49,088 bases of DNA from Octopus bimaculoides. Lineage: Eukaryota. The translations under genes and the position numbers were made by a program. Location: contig NC_068987.1 in NCBI RefSeq assembly GCF_001194135.2, positions 87,912,362 through 87,961,449 of the forward strand. The letters run 5' to 3'. The notes beneath the pieces were generated by a model. That model was not told the DNA's origin and made no database searches. It saw only the letters and a list, made by a program, of their open reading frames with translations. Shown here in pieces: positions 36,711-49,021 of this stretch; within the stretch, counting starts at the first letter, position 1, and every line of letters starts with the position of its first letter.

Positions 36711-37335
36711 CAGATCATTCAACGTCCACTTTTCCCTGCTTGTAGGTGTCAGGCAGGGTTTATCTGAAGCAGATTTTCTACAGCTGGATGCTCTACCTGC
36801 CACCAACCCTCACCTGCTTCCAAACAAAGTAATATCTCCCTATGGTCAGACATGGTTTTCAGGTTAGATTGGAAATGAACAGCATCACTTGTTTTAAACC
36901 ATCATATGATGTCAAGACCAGTGTACACACACAAACACACACAACAAGCTTCCACACAGTTTCCATCGACCAAATTCACTCACAGCCAGAGAGCCACAGC
37001 AGAAGACATTTGCCCACAGTGCTACACAATGAAAGTGGACCCAAAACAACTCACTTGCAAAGCAAGTTTCTTAATCGCAAGACCATTTTTTGGTTTCAAA
37101 ATATCAAATCAGGCCAGAGTCAGAGATCAATATTGTGTTTCATCTTTGCAAATCAATAAATCCAATACGGGTAATGTACTAGGTTTGGTTCTCGCCATTT
37201 TAACAACAATTTCTAACCAGGCATGTTACTAAGAAACTTATATTACACTCTTATCATTTTGATTGCCATCTGCAAAAGTTGTGCTGCAGTCAGATTATCT
37301 ACAACAGTATCTACTCTGGCATTATGATAGCATAC

Positions 37336-37390
<55 letters not shown>

Positions 37391-38338
37391 NNNNNNNNNN
37401 NNNNNNNNNNNNNNNNNNNNNNNNNNNNNNNNNNNNNNNNNNNNNNNNNNNNNNNNNNNNNNNNNNNNNNNNNNNNNNNNNNNNNNNNNNNNNNNNNNNN
37501 NNNNNNNNNNNNNNNNNNNNNNNNNNNNNNNNNNNNNNNNNNNNNNNNNNNNNNNNNNNNNNNNNNNNNNNNNNNNNNNNNNNNNNNNNNNNNNNNNNNN
37601 NNNNNNNNNNNNNNNNNNNNNNNNNNNNNNNNNNNNNNNNNNNNNNNNNNNNNNNNNNNNNNNNNNNNNNNNNNNNNNNNNNNNNNNNNNNNNNNNNNNN
37701 NNNNNNNNNNNNNNNNNNNNNNNNNNNNNNNNNNNNNNNNNNNNNNNNNNNNNNNNNNNNNNNNNNNNNNNNNNNNNNNNNNNNNNNNNNNNNNNNNNNN
37801 NNNNNNNNNNNNNNNNNNNNNNNNNNNNNNNNNNNNNNNNNNNNNNNNNNNNNNNNNNNNNNNNNNNNNNNNNNNNNNNNNNNNNNNNNNNNNNNNNNNN
37901 NNNNNNNNNNNNNNNNNNNNNNNNNNNNNNNNNNNNNNNNNNNNNNNNNNNNNNNNNNNNNNNNNNNNNNNNNNNNNNNNNNNNNNNNNNNNNNNNNNNN
38001 NNNNNNNNNNNNNNNNNNNNNNNNNNNNNNNNNNNNNNNNNNNNNNNNNNNNNNNNNNNNNNNNNNNNNNNNNNNNNNNNNNNNNNNNNNNNNNNNNNNN
38101 NNNNNNNNNNNNNNNNNNNNNNNNNNNNNNNNNNNNNNNNNNNNNNNNNNNNNNNNNNNNNNNNNNNNNNNNNNNNNNNNNNNNNNNNNNNNNNNNNNNN
38201 NNNNNNNNNNNNNNNNNNNNNNNNNNNNNNNNNNNNNNNNNNNNNNNNNNNNNNNNNNNNNNNNNNNNNNNNNNNNNNNNNNNNNNNNNNNNNNNNNNNN
38301 NNNNNNNNNNNNNNNNNNNNNNNNNNNNNNNNNNNNNN

Positions 38339-38379
<41 letters not shown>

Positions 38380-38479
38380 TATATATATATACACAACACA
38401 CACAGACATATACATGTGTATGTGTGTGTATATATACATACATATGTATATGAAATCAAGTCATAACAATAATCACAAT

Positions 38480-39740
38480 ATAAATTTTAGCTCGAATAAC
38501 AACACTAAATCAAGAAATTTAATTCTGCAGCATAAGGGAGAAAACCATTCTTTAAGACCTTTTTTCCTTGTAAAGGTACATCTAGAACTTTTAAAGATAA
38601 TTACCCTAATAACAAAGTATGTCCTAGCAAAACTGTTTGGTTGATAATTCCATATGGTAAGCAGATCAAATCCAACCTCCCTTACCGGTTTCATGAAGCT
38701 ATAGATAAGAATTTTCCAAAACATCAAGATACAATTCCATTATTAATTCACACCGAATTAGGATAGGGTTTTCAAACACCAAAAACCTTTCACAAATCAT
38801 CTCTTTGCATAACAGTAAGCTGTTAAATACAAATCCACTCAATAAAAATAGTAACATTGATATTAACACTAATCATTCTTTAAATAACAATAGCAGCAAT
38901 ATTAGAATTTCTGATATAAATTCCAATTGCATTCATTTCCTTAGCAGTAATTCTAAGACTAGAAACTCTGTTTATCAATGTAAAATTACTTCCACTGCAA
39001 AGGTTTTTTTTTTTTTTTACATAGGTAGTTCTTCATCTCAGTTGTCCAAAAGAATTTTTAATCATTACTCTACATTTAGACATATCAATAACCGTAACAA
39101 TACTGGGCTTAGTAAATTAATTTGGTCTCGAAAGGAACATAAACAATTTGATTTGGAACGGAATAGATCCTTTCTGTATGATAAAGGTAAATCTGTTTGT
39201 TCACTCTGTAACGATGAACTGTATTTCATCATGTTCTCAGAGAATCCTCTTGTAAACACATTTAAAGAACACATTTATCATGGCAAACATTGGCAAAAAT
39301 ACATACCTTTAGTTCCTATAAGTGATTTCTATCAGTCTATAAAATTCGACCTTTAACTGTCTTCTTACATTTCACTTCCACTAAATATATCCATTTCCAC
39401 ACCTTTAATCTTTATTCCTATTCACCTATCACACTATATTTCTCCACTTTTAATTTTCTGCTAATTTCTTTCTTCCTCCTCCTTCTCTTTCTATGAATTG
39501 CTTTTGACGCTATATCTAATAATGTTTTTTCTTAAATAACTAACCAGCATTCCCTTCATCATTTATGCAGTAATCACATTCACTTAAAATGTCTTATTGA
39601 TGCATTTTGTCTCTTTTTTTCCTGATGAGAAGATTGCATTATTTTACATCATTTCATTCCTTCTGGGATAATACCAATGTTTTCTTCGAAACATATGTCG
39701 GAAGTATAAAGATTTGAATAACACCTGCATTTAATTCTAT
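38480..39740 (+). mobile_element. Penelope-like retroelement, 5'-truncated: RT-EN linker, GIY-YIG endonuclease and 3' non-coding end
   Basis: Frameshifted TVWLIIPYGKQIKSNLP..IDKNFPKH..RIRIGFSNTKNLSQIISLHNSKLL, then ORF 38805-39356 with SVYQCKI..YIG..KRIFNHYSTF..TGLSKLIW..CSLCNDE; motif order typical of PLE C-termini; hammerhead motif downstream. Confidence 0.85.
39617..39704 (+). ncRNA. Type I minimal hammerhead ribozyme at the PLE 3' end
   Basis: CTGATGA (39622-28), G, stem II AAGA..TCTT, C, GAAA (39688-91), C-ATAT-G, TC, predicted cleavage after 39699; stem I TTTTC/GGAAG. Confidence 0.75.
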
Positions 39741-39759
39741 TTATTTATTTATTTATCTC

Positions 39760-39801
<42 letters not shown>

Positions 39802-39931
39802 TACACATATATACATACATATATATATATATATAGGNNNNNNNNNNNNNNNNNNNNNNNNNNNNNNNNNNNNNNNNNNNNNNNNNNNNNNNNNNNNNNN
39901 NNNNNNNNNNNNNNNNNNNNNNNNNNNNNNN

Positions 39932-39966
<35 letters not shown>

Positions 39967-40405
39967 TACATACACATGTATGTATATATGTATGCATGCA
40001 AGTATGACTGTGATTACGAAGTTTATTTCCCAACCACATACATGGTTTCAGGTTCAGTCTCACTGTGCAGCACCTTGAGCAAGTGTCTTCCACTACAGCC
40101 CTGGGTCAACCAAAGCCTTGAGTGCATTTGGTAGACAGAAACTGAAAGATATTCACTGTGTATATATATATGTGTTTGCGCGCGCATGTGTGTGAACAGT
40201 GTATGTTTGTATCTCCTTGTCTTGACATTGTGTGACCATTGTCATTCCTTTCCAGCATTCTGCAAAAACATGTCTGGCCATGGGAAAATATTATCTTGCT
40301 TGGAAACAGATGAAGGTTAGCAACAGGAAGGGCATCTGGCTGTAGAAAATCTTCCTCAGCAAACGCTGACTCATGCAAGAATCGGAAAAATGAACTTCAA
40401 AATGA

Positions 40406-40440
<35 letters not shown>

Positions 40441-40649
40441 CGTATACATACACACACATATGTATATACATGCATTCATACAAAGACACACATACGTACA
40501 CATACTATATGTCTATCTATCTATAAATATATACACACACATACATGCATACATACACTCCCACATACATATACATGCATACATACACACACTATACATC
40601 TATCTATCTATAAATACACACACACAGTCAGACACACACCCACACAATC

Positions 40650-40860
40650 TTTTCTACTCTAGGCACAAGGCACAAAATTTGGGGGGAGGGCGCCAGTCGA
40701 TTAGGTCAACCCCAGAACACAACTGATATTTAATTTATCAACCCTGAAAGGACATAAAGCAAAGTTGACCTTGGCGGAATTTGAACTCAGAACACAAAAA
40801 CAGACAAAATACCGCTAAGTATTTCGCCCAGCATGCTAACGATTTTGCCAGCTTGCTGCT
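40650..40860 (-). mobile_element. SINE family B, in tandem duplication unit 1
   Basis: Reverse complement of the full element. Confidence 0.85.
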
Positions 40861-40920
40861 TTATACACACATATATATAACATTACACATATGCACACCA
40901 AAAATGTGTCTATCTATCTA

Positions 40921-40976
<56 letters not shown>

Positions 40977-41319
40977 CGCACCTGTCTGAATGAGTCTAAA
41001 TCCACATGGACTAATTAAATACTAAACTTCAAAATGATCACACGCACACACACACATGCATATGCACACATACATACACACACACACACATATATATATG
41101 CACTCATACACATAGACACACATACATACACATACTATATGTCTATCAATGTATGTATCTATAAATATATACACACACACATGCATACATACACATATGC
41201 ATGCATACTTACACAACCACATACATATACATGCATACATACACAGACTCACATACATACACACACTATACGTCTATCAATCTATCTATCTATTATCTAT
41301 AAATACACACACACAATCT

Positions 41320-41530
41320 TTTCTACTTTAGGCACAAGGCCTGAAATTTTTGGGGAAGAGGCCACTCAATTAGATCAACCCGCGTATGCAACTGGTACTT
41401 AATTTATCGACTCCAAAAGGATGAAAAGGAAAGTCAACCTCGGTGGAATTTGAACTCAGAACGTAAAGACAGACAAAATACCGCTAAGCATTTCGCCCGG
41501 CATGCTAACGTTTCTGCCAGCTCGCTGCCT
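41320..41530 (-). mobile_element. SINE family B, in tandem duplication unit 2
   Basis: Reverse complement of the full element. Confidence 0.85.
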
Positions 41531-41638
41531 TACACACATATATACATAACATTACACGCATGCACACCAAAAATACACATATTTATGCATACATACACAC
41601 ACAAACATATACATGTGTGTCCAACTATCTATACATAA

Positions 41639-41695
<57 letters not shown>

Positions 41696-41880
41696 TGAAT
41701 GAGTCTAAATCCACATGGACTAATTAAATACTAAATTATATCTATTTTAATAATGAACTGCATTACTTTGCTGTGATACAAAAAATCTGTCTGGTGATGA
41801 TAGCTATTAAATATCAATACCTTTAGATAACACACCAGATAAGTTCTTTTTATCAATTTGAATTCTAGCAAAATTGTTAA

Positions 41881-41925
<45 letters not shown>

Positions 41926-42604
41926 AGTAATTTGTCTTTTTTGCTCTTCCTTCCCCTCTTCATCTTTCTTATTCCTCCTCTGTTAATGATCGTTTTCATC
42001 ATCCTGATATTATTTAGCCCTAGGTTGTATATATGTGTGTGCATATATGTGTATATGTATCTGTGTGTGTGTATGTGTATGTGTATACAATATATGGGGA
42101 GGGGCAATGGCCCAGTGGTTGGGGCAGTGGACTCACAGGTCTTTGCTAATCATCATGTGATGCAGAAGGAAACAGTCCACCCCTGCCCCCGCCAACCTAT
42201 ATATATATATATATATATAACTAGTGACTGAGACTTTTGGTGATATGATGTGCTTGAGAAGACCCCAATCCAGATGAAATCGTAGTCGTGGCTGATGTAA
42301 TTGGCACCCATGCCCAGGGCATGTAAAACTTATCATTTGAGCATTGGGCCTCATGGAGGTAATTTGGCCAATGCTGGTGGCATTTAAAAGCACCCACTAC
42401 ACTCTCAGGGTGGTTGATGTTAGGAAGGGCATCCAGCTGTAGAAAACCATGCCAAATCAGACTGGAGTCGGGTGGTGCCTTCCAGCCCTGGTCAAACTGT
42501 CCAACCCATGCCAGCATGGACAATGAACATAAGGCCATGTGGCTCTAAGATGAGATGAATGCAAAAGAAAGAAAAATGTTCTACATGATGTAGGAAGGAT
42601 GTTT

Positions 42605-43135
42605 GGAGTGGCTGTGTAGTAAGTAGCTTGATTCCCAACCACATGGTTCCAGGTTCAGTCACACTGCATGGCACCTTGGGCAAGTGTCTTTTACTCTAGC
42701 CTCGGGCCCACCAAAGCCTTGTGAGTGGATTTGGTAGATGGACACTGAAAGAAGCCTGTCATATATATANNNNNNNNNNNNNNNNNNNNNNNNNNNNNNN
42801 NNNNNNNNNNNNNNNNNNNNNNNNNNNNNNNNNNNNNNNNNNNNNNNNNNNNNNNNNNNNNNNNNNNNNNNNNNNNNNNNNNNNNNNNNNNNATATATAT
42901 GTATGTATGTATGTATATGCATGTGTGTGTATGTTTGTGTGTCTGTGTTTGTTCCCCCCAACATCGCTTGATGACTGATGCTGGCATGTTTATGCCCCCG
43001 CAACCTAGCAGTTCGGCAAAAGAGTCCGATAGAATAAGTACCAGGTTTACAAAGAATAAGTCCCGGGGTCGATTTGCTCGACTAAAGGCAGTGCTCCAGC
43101 ATGGCCACAGTCAAATGACTGAAACAAATAAAAGA
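42605..43135 (+). mobile_element. SINE family A, full length (gap in internal microsatellite)
   Basis: ggagtggctgtgtagtaagtagc..cagtcaaatgactgaaacaaataaaag. Confidence 0.88.
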
Positions 43136-43384
43136 ATATCTAACCTTTAGCTTTTACTATAGCCCCTGGACTAACCAAAATCTTGTGACTGGATTTGGTT
43201 GATGGATATTGAAAGAAACCTGTCATGTGTATATGTGTGTGTATGTGTGAGCATGTGTGAGTGTATGTAAGTTCCTTGTGATGGTTGTAAGCAAGCATCA
43301 CCCTCATACAAGCAGTGTTGTTTGTTTCCAGTCTTCCATGAAGTGTCTTCTATTATAGCCATGGTTTCCATGGCACATATATTT

Positions 43385-43560
43385 CCCCCTGGATGGGATG
43401 CCAGTCCATCACAGGATTACTCATTTTTGCCAGCTGAGTGAACTGGAACAATGTGAAATAAAGTGTTTTGCCCAAAGACACAATGTGTCACCTGGTCCAG
43501 GAATTGAAACCGCAATCTTAGGTCCATGAGTCCAACACCCTAACCACTAAGCTACACACC
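43385..43560 (-). mobile_element. tRNA-derived SINE related to family E, with V-SINE-like gatggactggcatcccatccaggg motif
   Basis: Shares aacactttatttcacattgttccagttcactcagctg with the 4298 copy; V-domain resemblance is from memory. Confidence 0.7.
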
Positions 43561-44640
43561 TCTACTAGAATTCAGAATTACATGGTTGGGAAGTAAGCTT
43601 CTTACTCACACAGCAACACCTGCACGTACACAGTATATATATAGTCATTAAATATTTGCTCACCTCATTCTGCTGAATCCATATTCACTTACAGACATGG
43701 AGGGGGGAAACAGGAAACCATTCCAGCATATGCTCTCCAAGATACAATGCAAATGGAAGCAAAAGTCATCTTCCAATAACACCTTCAGTGGTATGAAGAG
43801 ATCAAGAAAAATATAATGCTAAACCAAGATATGGTCTGACTAGCTGACACAAGCTTAACCTGCTATTATCTGAGGATGCTATCATAAATCTTCCTTTTTA
43901 CCATTGTAATTGATATGGCCGCAATATATCTCATTATTTATTCAAGACCACGATGAATAAATTGATATAAAACTCATTGGATTTAATGTTAAGCTACGAT
44001 CAGATACAAGTATTTATGTGTAGACATATACACAAATGCACTTACATCTACGTATGCATATAAGAATGCATTACGCTTGTGTATACAGACATGTATACAT
44101 CATGTGTGTGTGTGTTTGTAAAGTATGTATTATGTGTTTGCAAATGCACATCTATGTATATGTGGTTATAATAAAACCTTTCAGAGATTTTTAGGCAGTC
44201 GTTGGTCCTAATTTTGAGTTATCAATTTCCATTAGTCATATCAAGAACCAATAATACAAAATTTGAAGAGACAGCAGTTTTTATTGCAGTATATCACTAG
44301 TTCTGTTTTATGTAACGTGTGCCTTTTCCATGCGTGAAGGGAATGGCAAAAGGCTGTGCCAAATGGTGAAACATTCTGTTACAGAAGACTCACCACACCC
44401 AAACAAACATGGCAAATAGATGATGGGCAGTCTAATTGTCTATTTTTGGATCCCTATTTTGTTTCATATTAAGTTTCTCTGCTATGAGCCAGCTTTGCTG
44501 CTCTCTACTGCTCCCCACCCCCATGTTGTTGTTCTCTTCTCTATCGCTTATGTCCTCTCCTAACACTGTTCCTCCCTTCCAGCACTCTCTCTCACTCTCT
44601 CTCTCTCTCTCTTTCTCCTCTCTCTCTCTCCTCTCTCTCA

Positions 44641-44672
<32 letters not shown>

Positions 44673-45006
44673 CTCTCTCTCNNNNNNNNNNNNNNNNNNN
44701 NNNNNNNNNNNNNNNNNNNNNNNNNNNNNNNNNNNNNNNNNNNNNNNNNNNNNNNNNNNNNNNNNNNNNNNNNNNNNNNNNNNNNNNNNNNNNNNNNNNN
44801 NNNNNNNNNNNNNNNNNNNNNNNNNNNNNNNNNNNNNNNNNNNNNNNNNNNNNNNNNNNNNNNNNNNNNNNNNNNNNNNNNNNNNNNNNNNNNNTCTGTT
44901 ATGCATTATTGATGCACATCACTCTCTCACCTGCCACACTCATATTCTCTCTCTCACTCTCACTATCTCTCTCTCTCTCACACTCTCTCTCTCTCTCTCT
45001 CTCTCA

Positions 45007-45038
<32 letters not shown>

Positions 45039-45485
45039 ACTCTCTTCTCTGTCACCCTCTTGGTCCTGCTGTGTCTATTCACTCTTCTTCTTACTAACAG
45101 CCTTCATATTGTAGTCTATCACTGCCTCACTCATTCTTCTGTCACTCTTTCAATGCTATCACTGGCTCTCTTCCATTACACTCCCTCTCTTCTCTCATCC
45201 CCACCTCTTTCTCCTACCACACTGCCTTATGAGGATGGAAGCAAACCAGCACCAGTTATCAAGCAGTGAGAGGGCTAGGAGCAAACACAAAGACTCACTC
45301 ACACAAACGCATGTATACAAGTGAATACTAGAAATAGCTTCCACACAGTTTCCCTCAACCAAATTCACTCACAAAACATTGGTTGGCTATATCAGAAAAC
45401 ACTTGTGCAAGGTGCTGTGCAGGGAGATTGAACACAAAACCATGCAGCTGCAAAGCAAACTTGTTAACATCATCATACCTGCATC

Positions 45486-45517
<32 letters not shown>

Positions 45518-45594
45518 TTATTGTCATGAAATGCAAACTGTGCCACTGTGCTGAACCTGTGGTCTTGCATAAATATTACTCAAAAATATACACA

Positions 45595-45770
45595 GGGGCA
45601 GACGTGGCTGTGTAGTAAGAAGCTTGCTTCCCAACCACATAGTTTTGGGTTCAATTCCACAGTGTGTAGCACCTTGGGTAAGTGTCTTCTACTATAGCCT
45701 TCTACTATAGCCTCAAACTATCCAAAGCCTTGTGAGTGGATTTGATAGATGGAAACTAAAAGAAGCTCAT

Positions 45771-45814
<44 letters not shown>

Positions 45815-46030
45815 TGTCTGAGTCTGTGCTTGTTTCCTATCACCACTTGACAATCAGTGTTGGTGTGTTTATGTCCTTGTAACTTAGCAGTTCAGCAGAA
45901 AAGCCCGATAGAGTAAGAACCAGGCTTAAAAAAAGTAAGCACTGGGGTCGATGCATTCAACTAATATTCTACAAGGCAGTGCTCCAGCGTGGTTGCAGTC
46001 TAATGACTGAAACAAGTAAAACATAAAACA
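45595..46030 (+). mobile_element. SINE family A, full length
   Basis: Same architecture; short internal duplication cttctactatagcct. Confidence 0.88.
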
Positions 46031-46074
46031 GTCATGCAAACCTTAGGCTATTTCTAAACATAAAAAGCAACATC

Positions 46075-46416
46075 TGAATGTGACTGATGCCAGTGCCACC
46101 TGACTGGCTCCTGTGCCAGTGGCACGTAAGAAGCACCATCCAAACATGGCCGATGCCAGTGCCACCTGACTGGCTCCCATGCCGGTGGCACGTAGAAAGC
46201 ATCATTTGAACATGGCCGATGCCAGGGCCACCTGACTGGCTCCCGTGCCGGTGGCACATAAAAAGCACCCACTACACTCACGGAGTGGTTGGCATTAGGA
46301 AGGACATTCAGCTGTAGGAAACATTGCCACATCAGATTGGAGCTTGGTGCAGCCACTGGCTTTCCAGTCCCCAATCAAACCATCCAACCCATGACAGCAT
46401 GGAAAACGGACGTTAA

Positions 46417-46448
<32 letters not shown>

Positions 46449-46450
46449 TG
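46075..46450 (+). mobile_element. Family C with three 66-bp VNTR units and (GAT)n tail
   Basis: Units start at 46089, 46155 and 46221; shared 3' end follows. Confidence 0.88.
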
Positions 46451-46974
46451 CAGATTGCAAATTGCAAATGCTATGAACTGCTTTGCATAAACAAATTGAA
46501 TTTCTAACATTGTAAAACACTGTAGGAATTACAAAATAAGAAATAGATTTTATCTGATACATAAATTTAAAATAAAAGCAATGTAAATTAGTGCAAACAG
46601 CAGCTGACCCTGTGAGGTCAACAACATCAGACCTGCCTTATTATTGTCTGAGATGCATATATTTTTAGATTGGAAGGCAATTTACAGTTAGATGGTATCA
46701 GGATGGTGAGTCTGTGGTTAAAAAATGTTTGTCGGATTTGAGTTTATGGATTTGAGTTTAGTTTCACTGTGTGGTCACTTGAGCAAATTTTCTGCTATAG
46801 CCCTGGGCCAGCCAAAACTTTGTGAATGGATTTGGTAGACTGCTGTGACAGACACCTTCAAGTGAAAAGTGGGCTGTTCCACTACTGTTAAATAGTGGAC
46901 AGACACAGCAAGCAGTGTCAGTCAGCAAGGTACTTTTTGGTTGTGGCAGTGTGTTTTTTTACGTTGAAGTAAGT

Positions 46975-47175
46975 GGTGAAATGCTTAGCGGTATTTCGTC
47001 TGCCATTACGTTCTGAGTTCAAATTCCGCCGAGGTCGACTTTGCCTTTCATCCTAGCGGGGTCGATAAATTAAGTACCAGTTACGCACTGGGGTCGGTGT
47101 AATCGACTTAATCCCTTTGTCTGTCCTCGTTTGTCCCCTCTGTGTTTAGCTCCTTATGGGCAATAAAGAAATAGG
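46975..47175 (+). mobile_element. SINE family B with alternative 3' end
   Basis: aaatgcttagcggtatttcg..gaggtcgactttgcctttcatcc..caataaagaaata; 3' end matches the 1985 copy rather than the 15433 copy. Confidence 0.85.
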
Positions 47176-47199
47176 AAACTAAAAGAAGCCTGTTGGGTA

Positions 47200-47470
47200 T
47201 GTACATGTTCGGGAGTGTGTCTCCTTGTCGTGACCTCATGTGGTAATTGTAGCTGAATGTTGCTGTCATACAAGCTGTGTCATTCATTTCCAATATTCTG
47301 CAAGAACATGTCTGGCTATGAGGAAATATTACTTTGCTTGGAAACCAGTAAGGGTTAGCAACAGGAAAGGTATCCAGCTGTAGAAAATCTGCTTCATTAA
47401 ACTCCATCTAACCCATGCAAATATGGAAAAATTGATGCTAAAACAATGATGAAAAAATGATGATGGTGAT
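47200..47470 (+). mobile_element. Family D repeat sharing the family C 3' end (other copies about 40195-40395 +, 36715-36905 -, 34780-34960 +)
   Basis: gtgtgtctccttgtc..ttctgcaagaacatgtctggc..ggaaaccagtaagggttagcaacaggaaaggtatccagctgtagaaaatctg..gatgat. Confidence 0.75.
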
Positions 47471-47969
47471 GATATATAAATCAGGTGTCTATGATCTGCC
47501 AATACAAAAATTCCAATTAAAGTAATTCTTCTTTCTAACCTGCTGGGTAAGTAAAATCAATAAACTCAAATAATTATTAAATACTGGCAAATGACGTGGA
47601 TCTGATTTCAAATCTCAACTGCTCTTAATTTATTTCAATTACTTTAAACCTACCTGGAAAAAAAAAAAAATCAATATTTAGTCACATTATTGTACTTCTT
47701 GTGTCGAACTGTGACAGATCTCTACGTGAAAATAAATATTCTTTATACAGATTCAGTATAATATTTCCTTTCTTGTATATTTTCATCATGAAATTTGATG
47801 TGGAAATACAAATAGAAAAAATAGCAATTGCTGTATCTTTTGCATATTCAGACTTGATAATTTTCTAGTTATCAAACACTCACACTGTCTATTAACAACA
47901 ACAACAACAACAACAGCAACAACAACCACCATCACCAATACTCCATTGTGGGCTCAGAGTGCTAATAGC

Positions 47970-48161
47970 TAGTAGTTCTCAACCTGTTTAATATCCTGGC
48001 CCGAACCAAAACCTGGAATTTCTTTAGCACCAATAAAAGTAAAACAGAAGTCAAATGAATGAAAATTTTTGTATTCAAAGAGGGAAAATTGTCAAAGGCT
48101 GATGGAAAGATGCTTGTGGGACACATGTGGCCCTAAGAAAAAATGTAGTTGAGAACCACTG
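47970..48161. mobile_element. hAT (Charlie-like) MITE
   Basis: TIRs tagtagttctcaac / gttgagaaccactg; 8-bp TSD only imperfect (gctaatag vs gttaataa). Confidence 0.6.
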
Positions 48162-49021
48162 GTTAATAATTGTTAGTGGAGGCTGCAGTATCTTTTGGCC
48201 TTGAGAAGAAAGGGCCAGTCTTAGCTATGTTAAAAATGTGCTTTACCCAGGAGAGATCAGTCATTGAGAGGCACATTTTGTAATGTCACATCTTTGAGGT
48301 TGCCAGCAGTTTAGCCCTTTCAGCTATTTTCCCTTAAACTACAATATTCTGGGGTCGATCGACAACCTTATGTATTTATGGTTGAAAAACTGACATACAT
48401 TTCAGACTTGATATTTTTATTGAAATGGTTAAATGGATAATTTATTGATCTTTCAACCGAAGAATCAATACTTGTATTTAGATAAATCATTGGGTCTTTT
48501 AACATTTCAATTACATTCCATCAAAACAGGTAAATGGTGCTTATAGAAATGGCAGCTGTGTCAGTCACTCTTGGTGACATTTTCTAATAATCTCTATTAA
48601 ATCTGTGAAAAAAGCAGAGTGACACACATCTATAGAGAAAAGGGAACAGATACGTTAAATATTTATACTCCAAAGGGAATTCATAATGTAAGTGAAGTGG
48701 ATTGGTTTGTATCGCAAAATTGAAAATGGTTCAGAAACTTAGCAACTTTCCTTTTGATCTTCAGTCCTTGGTAACTCTCATATAATACAGATTGCATTTA
48801 ACTCGACACAAAGCTAATCATTACAGGAGCGTTATATATATATAATTGTGTGTGTGTGTGAGTGTGTGTGTGTGTCTGTGTATGTGTGTGTGTACACACA
48901 CACAGATGGATAAATAGAAAAATAAATACATGATGATGATATATACATATATATGAGAGTAAATCAACTTTAATTTATAACTAGATATATAACAATATAT
49001 ATATCTTTATGTATATATATG

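Larger units (their letters stand above)
40393..41735. repeat. Diverged tandem duplication of about 630-710 bp ((CA)n tract, SINE B, (TG)n, unique tail)
   Basis: aacttcaaaatgatcac at 40393 and 41025; gtctgaatgagtctaaatccacatggactaattaaatactaaa ends both units. Confidence 0.9.

Noticed and set aside
41820-41863. 44-nt candidate upstream DCDC1 exon IQIDKKNLSGVLSK (ends in phase 1)
   Set aside because: The phase fits exon 1, but the acceptor is weak and it does not resemble the expected DCX segment; the true exon may be in a gap or outside the window.
6226-44912. Long ORFs of 250-410 aa in the supplied track
   Set aside because: They are runs of X across N-gaps or translations of (TA)n, (CA)n, (GATA)n and (CAT)n microsatellites.
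384-46840. Apparent excess of plus-strand full-length SINE A copies
   Set aside because: Several minus-strand copies and fragments exist; one window is too small to claim a strand bias.
48388-48602. Possible 5' exon with good acceptor and gtatgt donor (minus strand)
   Set aside because: Stops in all frames early on and no recognisable homology; cannot be supported without RNA data.
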